From Neoconidiobolus thromboides FSU 785 (Eukaryota; Fungi; Entomophthoromycota): a stretch of DNA of 37,142 nucleotides. Below, piece by piece: positions 13,342 to 23,479 of the stretch. The notes beneath the pieces were generated by a model, which saw only the letters and a list, made by a program, of their open reading frames with translations, was not told the origin of the DNA and made no database searches. Position 1 is the first letter of the stretch. Every line of letters starts with the position of its first letter. Where the stretch lies: NCBI GenBank assembly GCA_025603075.1, contig MU626449.1, positions 1 through 37,142 of the forward strand, written 5' to 3'. The translations under genes were made by a program, and so were the position numbers.

Positions 13342-16104
13342 ATGGACACGACAATAGCGACTAGATATTCCTTTAGCCCAATAAAAATATCGTTGACATT
13401 TAATATAAAATACACTGAAGAAGATAAAGAAGGTCAAAACTTAAATTTTCAATTAAATAAAGAGGAACATATCTTAGATCATTTAAAATATTTCATGTAT
13501 GATAATGAGATTGATTTAGGTTTACTGGATGATTTCTTAAATACTATTTATGATGAAATTGATACCAAGATGAAGCTGAGGGTTGAAGAATATGTTGAGA
13601 ATGGTAATTTAGTTGTTTTTGTTTTTTATTTAAATAGTGATTAAATACATTTAAAAGTAATGGAAGATATCGATATTGAAATGTTAAGTAGAAAGTTTGA
13701 TAGCTTATTTAACAAAAAAGAAATAGTGGAGGCTAAAGTAAGCTCAATTTATTTACATCTACTACTCAAATTTATATATTAATATTCATAAGATAAATTT
13801 TGAATTAGCATTTAAAAAATTATATTATTCAAACTATTCAGAACCTATCTTTGAGTTTTTAGTTAAATTGATAACAGAATATTCAAGGGGCTTAGAATTA
13901 AGAAATAGGGATTGGAGCGAGCAAATAGAAATTATCAAGTTTAAGTAAGTTTTTTAAATCTTACATAGTAAATAATAAAAAGTTAGGATATCTTCAATAT
14001 TAAAAGTCATATTAACTTTTTATTTAGATATGAAGAGGATAACTCGGACATATTTAGGGAAATTAGTGAAGCTAGACATTCTCAAAAAATTTTACAACAT
14101 GAAAAAGTAATTTTTATTAGTAATTACTATGATTAAGTTTATCTAAGTTATTATTATCAAGGATATTGAAATGATCAAGGCCACTTGGAGTTCCGAAATT
14201 AAAGAAATGCAAGAAAATCAAAAGTTAGAATTTCAAGAATTTATTATACAAATTTATTATCATTATATAGTTTATCATTATAAACTTAGTCAACTAGAAG
14301 AAGAGTGTGGAAGTTATAGTTTATTATCAAATTATACAGAAAGTGAAGAAAATTTCATTTTAAGTTTAATGAACAAAATGGAAGATAGTGAGCCTTCGAT
14401 GGATAATATAAGCGAACTCCCTATTGTTGTATTTAAACAAAAGTTTGAAGAAAATCGTTCAACTTCTAAAGAACTTCGAAAATTGATAGACTCTTTAATA
14501 CAGGATAAAGTGGATATTCCAATAAAATCAAAGATTAAACCGGTAATAAACAGTAGCTACTTTTTTATTATAAAGTTGATAAAACCTTTAGGAGTTAATC
14601 CGAGATATTATGGATGTTATGGGAACAAGTGAAATATTAGCCCGCTCCGCTTTGGAAATGTGTGATAGTGATAAAGTAAATAAATTATTTTTCTGTTTGT
14701 AATTCAGTAATTAGATTATGTTTATTAGAACAGTGCTGTTTTATTACTCATGGACTCATATAGTAAAGTAGAGCAATATGCTAAAGATAAGCAATTAGCA
14801 GGACAAAAATCAACGCCTAATTCGAATGATAATAATAACAATAATACTTCAAGGAATAGATCAAATAACAATAATAATAATGGAAGATTTAATACATTTC
14901 AACAAAATCATAAAGCAAACTTATTAAATTTAGCTAATAATGCTAAAAATTGGTTTAAAAAATCAATTGAGAATTTAGTCAATGACGATGATAACGATTC
15001 AATAATTGATAGCAATTTAAGAGCTGGAAATAATTTTAGAATATTAGAAGAAACTTCAATTATTCCACTTGGTTCCAATATACGTACTAACTTTAAATTT
15101 ATATTAACTAATTTTGATGTTTTAAATATTACATTTCAATCAGAAAAGGAACTATTTCAAGCTAGACTAAGACAATTGTATGAAATCTATGATAAAAAAT
15201 TAAACGCTAAAGTCGTATTTGTTCCAATTGATAAAGTTAAACAATATCATTTGGGAAATGTGGCTAATACAGGTAATTAATAATAATGTATTTATATTAT
15301 TTAATATGATAAAATAGAACTATTTGAAAAATGTAAAAAATCTACCGAACTTCATTTTCCAACAATAAATGAACAATTAAGAGTATTAACAGAAACTTAT
15401 TTGGATAATTTAAATGAGGATGAAAATGAAAACATTCAGGAAGGTAAAATTTATTGACAAGTTATAAACTAGTACAAAAAAATTGATAATTTTAAATAGG
15501 CGAATTCTTTGTAACAAGACATTCGAATTTATTCAATATACAATTAGTAGTTCATATAATGTTAAATTTAGAGAATGATTTGTTGTTAGAAGATATTAAT
15601 CAAAAGTCTGCCTTAATAATAGGCTTTAGAAATTTGATTAGTTCAAGTTCAAAATTAAAGATCCATAGTTTACAAATACCAATTATATCACCAATAGTAA
15701 TAACTAATAGTAGTAATAATAATAATTTATCTGTTAGTAATAATAACAATTTATCAATATCACCCTCTTCCTCACTTGCTCAAAAATTAGCCGCATCTAC
15801 AAATGGAAATAAATTTAACAAAGAACTAAGCCGATCTAGCTCTCCATCCTCTACAGGTACCAAAAGAATTGAAGAATTTTTTAAATGTCTAAAAAATATG
15901 TTTATTGAATTTTCAAGGACAGCTACCCCCTTTATTGATCCATTTGGTAATAGTTTAGATGAACAAACTTTGCCCACAATTACTTTTGTATTACCAAATG
16001 AAAATACAGGGAAACTGAGTGGTAGTTTGTTAAGCTTTAATGCCAGCTTTAATGCAGTAAAGAATTCTTTTGGGATTGTTTTTAAAGCTAATGATGCGGA
16101 ATAA
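13342..16104 (+). CDS. FERRY3: FERRY complex subunit 3 (C12orf4 / DUF2362) homolog, multi-exon, with UBA-like insert
   Basis: Track ORFs 13342, 14171, 14750 and 15559 splice into one gene. Motifs ATWSSEIKEMQENQKLEFQEFIIQIY, EETSIIPLGSNIRTNFKF, STELHFPTINEQL, GEFFVTRHSNL, IIGFRNLI, RIEEFFKCLK and TITFVLP are collinear with the C12orf4 sequence as recalled. Confidence 0.85.
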
Positions 16105-16629
16105 AATGAAAGTAATATTTTTATTTTGGCTTGTGGCTTATTGTACTTAGTAATAACAAACATATAAAATAAATTAGTTTCCTATCTTATAATAAGCTTG
16201 AAAACCAATTGAAAAATGTATAATTTTAACTTATCTTTAATATATGGTACCTGTGTTTTATCTTTATTATTTTAATATTTTATTACTCTATTATTATTCT
16301 CTTATCTAAAACTACAGAATCATATTTTCTATATTAATTATATAAAGAACAAATAAAGGCTAAAATATTGAAAATATTACTATTTGATTGTGTGTGATTA
16401 AAAGAAACATTTGAGGCTCATATTAAATATTAAATAATATAGTATAATACAATATAAAAAGCGACTTAGAGTAAATCTGAGTGTGTTTTTTTGAAAATTT
16501 TAATTTTAATTTTAATTATGCTACTGAGGTAAATAGTTTTTAAATTTAAAATTTAAACGGGTAATAGTGACAATAGTAATTATAAAATAAAAGAATTTTT
16601 TTCACAATTTAAAAGTTGGGCTACTCGAA

Positions 16630-17400
16630 GTGAAAACTATGTTATTTATAGATCAATTTGTAGATATGGCATAAGAATGGATCTTTCTAAGATTAGCTTT
16701 AGTTAACATGATATGTCGGGTAAAGAACCAGAAATGCATGGTATGAAGGACTGCACTAACTATATAGTCAGTAAGCCGAGTTATCGACTAATAAGTGAGC
16801 TTAAAGATTAAAAGTCTGAATTTAGATCTAGAACTGAAAAAGACTAAAAGTAAGTATATGAGGATTTTTTTTGATTTCATCACTTTTTCCATTTTTAAGC
16901 GCTATTTGAACAGATTGTTAGTAAAATTCTTAAAAAAATACATCCCCATATATTAAATCAAAATTGTAAAATTGAGGGTTACAGTATAAAAAACAACTAG
17001 ACTTTACCATTATTAGGATATTAATCCACATGCTAAATTAACATGTCAGGGTGGTAGACTTCTTGGTGAAGAATTGGAAGAGCCATTAGAACCAAAAGTT
17101 AATTTTTATTGAAATGTCATTTCAACTCACTTACTCGGTCTCAATAATATTTTCTACTCTAATAATATAATTATATTCCCTATTCCAAACAATAATATAT
17201 TATCTGACAAACTATCAATATCAGATACTTTTTCAATTAAAAAAGATTTTCCTTTATGCACTTGCTATGTTGAGCTAACCAATCTTGAATGCTTTCATTG
17301 TAGAAGTATTTCCCACATTACCAATCAATGTTTAATAGTTGATAACTATGAAAAATTGTTTGATTTAGCAGAAAATAAATTGACAGAAATTATAAAATAA
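16630..17400 (+). pseudogene. ORF1-like pseudogene, copy E, interrupted by a MITE at 16860-16947
   Basis: ENYVIYRSICRYGIRMDLSK...; after the MITE, LNQNCKIEGY; the frame from 17050 gives LLGEELEE..FY*..THLL..IPNNNILSDKLSI..KDFPL...CFHCRSISHITNQC (17290-17331). Confidence 0.8.
16860..16947 (+). mobile_element. MITE copy inserted in ORF1-like copy E
   Basis: Small internal deletions; TSD ATAT. Confidence 0.88.
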
Positions 17401-17810
17401 TTGAGTAAAGTAGAAAACGAAGTATAATAATATGTGATATCTTTGGTGGGTTTATTGATTTGAGCATATTATAAATAAATATATTAGGCTATAATAATTA
17501 TTTATTATTTGTTTTTACTTTAAATTTATATCATATATGTTATTTTTATAAGACATTTTAAATTTTATACAGTATAGTTTGCTTCAATAAGCTTATAAAA
17601 ATTATTAAATATATACATCCAGATTTTATTTTCATTTGTATGATACTATAACTATATAAAAAGTGAATAGAAGACTGAAATGTTATAAAAATATTATTAT
17701 ACCATTACTCATATGTAATCAAAAAGCAAATCAAGTTGGGGCTAAAAATTCCCAAGGTTAACTCTTAGTATAAATAGAATATTATGGTAAATTAAAAGGC
17801 TTTTTTATAT

Positions 17811-17909
17811 GGGAGTGTTTTTTTTTACTTCATTATTTTTTCCATTTTTAACTACTACTTAAGGCGGAAAATTTGTTAGTAAAATTCTTAAACACAAAAA
17901 TACATCCCC
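17811..17909 (+). mobile_element. MITE copy
   Basis: GGGAGTGT-type end; TSD ATAT. Confidence 0.9.
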
Positions 17910-18039
17910 ATATATTATACCTAAAGTTATAAGAGCGCTAAAATAACAACATGCATAGAAAGCTAAGATGTATATTAAAAATAATGGTTAGTAAAGTTTA
18001 ACTGATTTTCCTCACATTCTAAGACTATTTTTTAGATAA

Positions 18040-18830
18040 AAGTCATGAAATCTATAGATCCCCTTTTCGCCATGGAATAATGATGGATTTGTCTGATATT
18101 AACTTTCAAAAAATTGAAACATTTGATAAATTTATTGATGCCATTAATATGGGAGATTGTACCAATTGTATGTCTAAAAGGTTAGGCTATCATTCAATGG
18201 GCGAATATGGTAGCCAAACGTTTGAAATCGAGCCTAAGAACGAAGAGGGCAGACAAGATGCGTTAAATGAAAGACGGTGCATCAATGGGTATGTTTTTAT
18301 CTCATACCTGCTGTGATATTATTAAGGTCCTGTTATGGCTTTAACGCTATCGATCTTTAAAAGCAAGGTTGTTGATAAAGAGTTAGAGAGAAAGCTAAAA
18401 TTAAGATTTGGTACTTATCGGAAAGTTGTTGCATATACTCATTTACTCGAAGATAAATCCAGCTTTTATGCTAGTAGTGTAATGATAGTTCTTGTCCAAA
18501 ATAATGATACGCGGATGTTTTCCTTGGCTTCATTATTTTTTCCGTCTTTTAAGCGCTATTTGAGTGGAAAAATCGTTAGTAAAATCCACAAATACAAAAA
18601 TACATCCCAATACCTTATCTGGAAAATTATCTATACCAAATAAGTTTCTAATTAGTAAAAATCTTCTACTGGTTATTTCCACATATAAAGTAGTTGCCCT
18701 CGAGTATTTTCATTAGAGAAGTACTGAATATAAAGATGGCCAATGTGGTATAGTTGATATCTATGAAAAGTTATTTTAGCCTATGGAAGCTAATTTGAAT
18801 AATTATAAGAAAGTTGAAGAAGAGGGATAA
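18040..18830 (+). pseudogene. ORF1-like pseudogene, copy F, interrupted by a MITE at 18511-18609
   Basis: MMDLS..., TFEIEPKNEEGRQDALNE...NGY, KELERKLK..FGTYRKV..THLL. After MITE removal it reads VQNNDTLSGKLSIPNKFL...EKLF...NYKKVEEEG*. Confidence 0.8.
18511..18609 (+). mobile_element. MITE copy inserted in ORF1-like copy F
   Basis: TSD ATAC at 18507-18510 and 18610-18613. Confidence 0.92.
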
Positions 18831-18912
18831 TGAAAAACATCAACTTAATGACATATTTATCAAGTTTATTAAACTTGTAGCATCATAAATAAACATGCTA
18901 GAAATAACATAC

Positions 18913-19009
18913 GGGGCTGTTTTTTTTGATTTCATTATTTTTCCATCTTTCAAGTACTATTTGAGTGAAAAGATTGCAGTAAAATTCTCAAACAAAAAAA
19001 CACATCCCC
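18913..19009 (+). mobile_element. MITE copy
   Basis: Consensus match; flanks ATAC/ATAT. Confidence 0.9.
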
Positions 19010-20017
19010 ATATATTTATAGATTATTCTAAATTTTAAACTATAATCTTAATTATTCCTTTTATATATTTTATATTTTATATTTTATATATTGTAATTTA
19101 ATTCAACAAAGTTAATAAGTCGATTGGGTATGTATATTCAGATTTTATTGATTTCTACTTGTATAACGTTTTAACTCAGGCTATTTCATACTCACAAACT
19201 AAATAAAGTTTCCCTATATCCTAAGAGCAATTATATTCCTAAAAGATTTATTAAAAACATGATTAATAGTTTAAAGATAGGGGAGTGTTAGCCACTTACT
19301 ACATGAATCACATCTATTGTAATTGAAAAGAATCTATATTTGGCCAAACAAAAACATCAACAAAATATTTAAATGACAAAATTCTATTTTTGATCCTTTT
19401 TTTACAAATAATAAAAACAGTATTGTTCTCACAGACTTGTAAAATTATATACAACCAGTCTCTTTAGCTAACGTCTGTCGTTGCATTTGTTAAAAGCCCT
19501 CCATCTAACGTATCATTATGCTCTCTATACTTCAACTTTATTAACAAACTACTCCCTGATCAGCCTGGGTATATCTAGACCCTCTTCAGATCTACTGAAA
19601 TCTAGAAACTTCACATAACCTTACACAATATCAAATTCAAAACTATTTCATCTCCCCTTCCTACTAATTCCATTTTCCTTGAATGGAAATGACTTACACC
19701 CAAAAAAAACGTTTACATTATAACAATTGCTCTTAATTCATCTTCTGACAAGGACTAAGTCTGTGGACTTTCTTTTTTTCTGATCTTACCAAGCTCTCTT
19801 CATATCCCAGTTTCCGCTAATTTTTCATGTATGTTGTCATTTTTAACAAATAAATCTAAGACTTATTAATATTAATAAGTACGTTTTAAAAACGATATTG
19901 CCAAAATTAATATTTAAAAAAAGGCTGTTCTTATATCTCTTTCTAAGTTTTGAATCGATAAGTTGAAGATTTTAACTTGAAGCAGAATTTCAAATATTGA
20001 ATATAATTTTACTATTT

Positions 20018-20116
20018 GGGGATGTATTTTTGTGTTTAAGAATTTTAGCAACAAATTTTCCGCTTAAATGGCGCTTAAAAAATGGAAAAAATAATGAAGT
20101 CAAAAAAAACACTCTC
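20018..20116 (-). mobile_element. MITE copy
   Basis: Consensus match; TSD ATTT. Confidence 0.9.
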
Positions 20117-20567
20117 ATTTTTTGATCTTAGTTTAAGTTTGAAGAAATTTAATATTAAATTAAGTGAGATTGTATATTGTTTTTAGCAAAAAAAATTAAT
20201 AATTTGAGTTACAAGATATCTTTATACAGAACTTTTTTATATCTCATTCATAATTTATTAGATTTTATTTGATAACTTGTCATCGTAATACTATGATAAT
20301 CTCTTCTATTTTGTGTATTTAAATACGGGTTATATTTATTTATCTATTTAGAGGTGAAGTTCGGGCTAAAGCTTAATGATTTTGAAGTGTATGTGTAATA
20401 GCTTATAGAGGTATTTGTACCAATTATTAATTTTCATCGTTCTTATTCTTTAGTTAAGTTAATTAATTTATATAATTTTATATAACTTTGTATAGTTTTA
20501 GATTTAAATTTATTAATATTTGTAATTAAAACAACCATTTTATTTAGAACTTGATCAAATAACATAT

Positions 20568-20663
20568 GATAATGTATTTTTGTATAAGAATTTTACTAAC
20601 AATTTTTCCACTCAAATAGTGCTTAAAAAATGGAAAAGTTATGAAATCAAAAGAAACATCCCC
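20568..20663 (-). mobile_element. MITE copy
   Basis: Consensus match; TSD ATAT. Confidence 0.88.
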
Positions 20664-20870
20664 ATATTATCAAACTATTGTTTAAAAATGCAAATTTAAA
20701 AGTCAATAACAATAAAACTTCTATAATTTATTTTTAATAGCTTGTTCCTTAAACTCTAAGAACTATACTGATATAACAAAGAATAGGTATTTAATTAATT
20801 TATTGAAATATGTTTTAAAATAACATAAAATTTATTAAATAAGACTACTCCATTAATTAGTTATAATAAT

Positions 20871-20963
20871 ATGTAAGTCTGTTTTTTAAGAGCTTTACTA
20901 GTAATTTTTCGACCCAAATAATACTTTAAAATCCAAAAAGTGATAAAATAAAAAAATATCTCA
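20871..20963 (-). mobile_element. Highly degenerate MITE copy
   Basis: TTTACTAGTAATTTTTCGACCCAAATAATACTTTAAAATCCAAAAAGTGATAAAATAAAAAAATATCTC follows the consensus layout. Ends approximate. Confidence 0.55.
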
Positions 20964-21130
20964 AAAAATGTCATTTTTTGTTTCATATTGTTATTTAATA
21001 TGATAACTTTTAATAAATTATTTTAATAATAATTTTATGTTATGTCAAATTTAAAAACGTATATAAATACATTGATTTTACAATGAAATATTTATAATAA
21101 TTATATTTAATATTGTTGATCAATATAAAA

Positions 21131-21796
21131 ATGAAATATTCTTTTATTTTATTCGGTTTATCTTTAATCTCATTAAACATCAATGCTCTTCCAATTGATG
21201 AGGAAGCTTCTTCAGTTGTCAATAATATTCAACTTTCTCTAAAAGATCTCAATCTTGATTCAGAAACACTTCATTCAATTGAAGATCGTTTAAATAAACA
21301 AAAGCAATCCAAACCATCCAAAACTGAAATTAAGCAGGAAGTAAAGATTCAATCTAAATTAAATGAGACTAAAGTAAATGAAGAATTAAAAGAAATGATC
21401 TGTAGAGTGAATAAATTACGATCAGACAATGGTAAAGAACTGCTTTTGGTAGATAATCGTTTAATGATAGCAGCCCAAAAACATAGTGAAGCTCAAGAAA
21501 GTAATAAAAAAATGTCACATAAAGGATTTACTAAAGAAACTGAAGAATTTGGCGATCGATTTAAATTAGAAGGCTATGCTTTTACTGGAGCTGCAGAGAA
21601 TGTAGCTGTAGGTCAAAAATCTGTTAAAGCAGTTATGAAATCATGGGAAGATTCACCAGGTCATCGTAATAATATACTTGGTAATTATGAATGCTTTGGT
21701 TATGGTAAAAAAAAGGATTATTGGACTCAAGCTTTTGCTTCTGGAGCAGACTGTATTGGTTATGAAAAAATCGATTGTAATGGAGTTTCATTTTGA
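21131..21796 (+). CDS. Secreted CAP/SCP (PR-1-like, YkwD-type) domain protein, intronless
   Basis: Signal peptide MKYSFILFGLSLISLNINA, then VNKLRSDNGKELL..DNRLMIAAQKHSEAQ...MSH...DRF...AAENVAVGQ..VKAVMKSWEDSPGHRNNILG. The ATG at 21131 is preferred over the track start at 21113. Confidence 0.9.
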   Translation: MKYSFILFGLSLISLNINALPIDEEASSVVNNIQLSLKDLNLDSETLHSIEDRLNKQKQSKPSKTEIKQEVKIQSKLNETKVNEELKEMICRVNKLRSDNGKELLLVDNRLMIAAQKHSEAQESNKKMSHKGFTKETEEFGDRFKLEGYAFTGAAENVAVGQKSVKAVMKSWEDSPGHRNNILGNYECFGYGKKKDYWTQAFASGADCIGYEKIDCNGVSF

Positions 21797-22026
21797 TTTC
21801 AATAAATATTATCAGTATTAAAGTATTAGAAAATTACTTAAATATATATTGAACTTTATCATTTTTCTATAAAATAATGTTTTAAATGGAGGTTAAAATT
21901 AATATAATATTTCTTAAGTTATTTCTTAAGTTTATATTTTACATAAGTTCTATAATGTTGAAATATATTTATTATTATTATAAATAACTATTTGATATTG
22001 AATTTTAATAATTTTTACACTCAAAT

Positions 22027-22432
22027 AATTAAATTAATACTTTATGATTGCGTGTTTTAATTTGCCTATGTTTATTCAATGTAGTATACTTTCATAAATA
22101 ATAATGCTAATGTGTAATTAAGGCAAATATAAAAATTTTATAAGCCATGATAGTATTTTTGTATTTATTTTTTAAATTGCATAAATACAAAACAATATGA
22201 GGGTGTTTTTTTAGCTTCATCACTTTTTCAATTAAATTAATACTTTATGATTGCGTGTTTTAATTTGCCTATGTTTATTCAATGTAGTATACTTTCATAA
22301 ATAATAATGCTAATGTGTAATTAAGGCAAATATAAAAATTTTATAAGCCATGATAGTATTTTTGTATTTATTTTTTAAATTGCATAAATACAAAACAATA
22401 TGAGGGTGTTTTTTTAGCTTCATCACTTTTTC
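22027..22432. repeat. Perfect tandem duplication, 2 x 203 bp
   Basis: 22027-22229 is repeated at 22230-22432. Each unit ends 31 bp inside a MITE end. Confidence 0.93.
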
Positions 22433-22498
22433 CATCTTTCAAGCACTATTTGAGTGAAAAATTGTTAGTAAAATCCTTAAACATAAAAATATATCTCT
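22402..22498 (+). mobile_element. MITE copy (its first 31 bp are duplicated at 22199-22229)
   Basis: Consensus match; TSD ATAT. Confidence 0.9.
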
Positions 22499-23097
22499 AT
22501 ATCTTAAGTTTCAATATAAGTTTATTAAATTTGTTACTAATTTGTTAAAAACATATAACATTAAGTTAATTTTATTGTAATGAATTTATCAGCTAATATT
22601 CAAATTCACAGCGAAAATAGAAATCAATGAAAATTAAATAATTTATTGAGATGGCTTCTTTAACATTTTGTTATCCTTTTATGCTGCATAAAAATTAAAA
22701 ATAAGATTTTAGTTATTTTAAAAAACCTTGAACTCTCTTTAGACAAGTGGTTTACTAAATAAGGACAAACTTACTGAAGGGGTTGGAGTCTATCTAGAAA
22801 GGACTTTAAGGCTATAAATTTTATTTACATGTCTTTTGATTTCCCAATAAATATTATCATATCATTCTATGAGTCATCCGACATAAAAGCGTTGTTGAAT
22901 TTGCAAATTATTTGGGCAATTTTTTTGCCTACAATTTTATTATCAAATTATATTAGGCTATAAATAGCTACTAGTTCAAACACTAATATTTTATAGTTGT
23001 GTATGTCAATTTGATCAAAATTTTAAATTAAATCAAATTTTAAATTAAATGAGCCTTACTCGATGGGATTAATCATTATCAGATAAATTAATCCCTC

Positions 23098-23427
23098 CCA
23101 ATCAGATTTATGGCTGTTTCCATTTTGGCTAAAATAAGCCAATAAAATATCTCTGATAGTCAACTCAACGAAAATAAAGCTAGTAATTGGTTCGCTTCAA
23201 CCATTAAAAAATAGGACTTAGTTCCTAAATGATTGGCTCAATTTGGTTTTAAGACAAATCAAATTGAACGATTGAATTATTTAAAATTTAGTTACATCAG
23301 AAACTCAAATATCTATAAATTATGTCCCATAACTTCAAGCATCCACCAATCAAAGGCCGTAGAATCATCATTCTTTCAAATGATTCCATTTTCGCTTAAG
23401 AATCTCCAATATACCAATAACACCAAT
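23098..23427. promoter_or_regulatory. Cluster of 8 CCAAT boxes upstream of ATP1
   Basis: CCAAT at 23098, 23139, 23346, 23406, 23414 and 23423; ATTGG at 23186 and 23232. Confidence 0.6.
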
Positions 23428-23479
23428 TTATATCCTTTCTCATTTAGAAAGTACACCATCTATCTTTTATAATAGTAAA

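Noticed and set aside
15780-16163. Antisense or alternative-frame ORFs (543-728, 8797-8988, 11898-12080, 13179-13415, 15780-16163, 21040-21222, 23444-23698, 23951-24505, 24279-24473, 25035-25334, 28464-28667, 28944-29132, 32672-32899)
   Set aside because: They overlap better-supported genes or pseudogenes and are shadows of codon bias.
19270-19860. C-rich plus-strand stretch that could be a decayed LINE ORF2 downstream of ORF1-like copy F
   Set aside because: No convincing endonuclease or RT motif could be read and stops are frequent. It should be tested by BLASTx because a hit would weaken the ORF1-only hypothesis.
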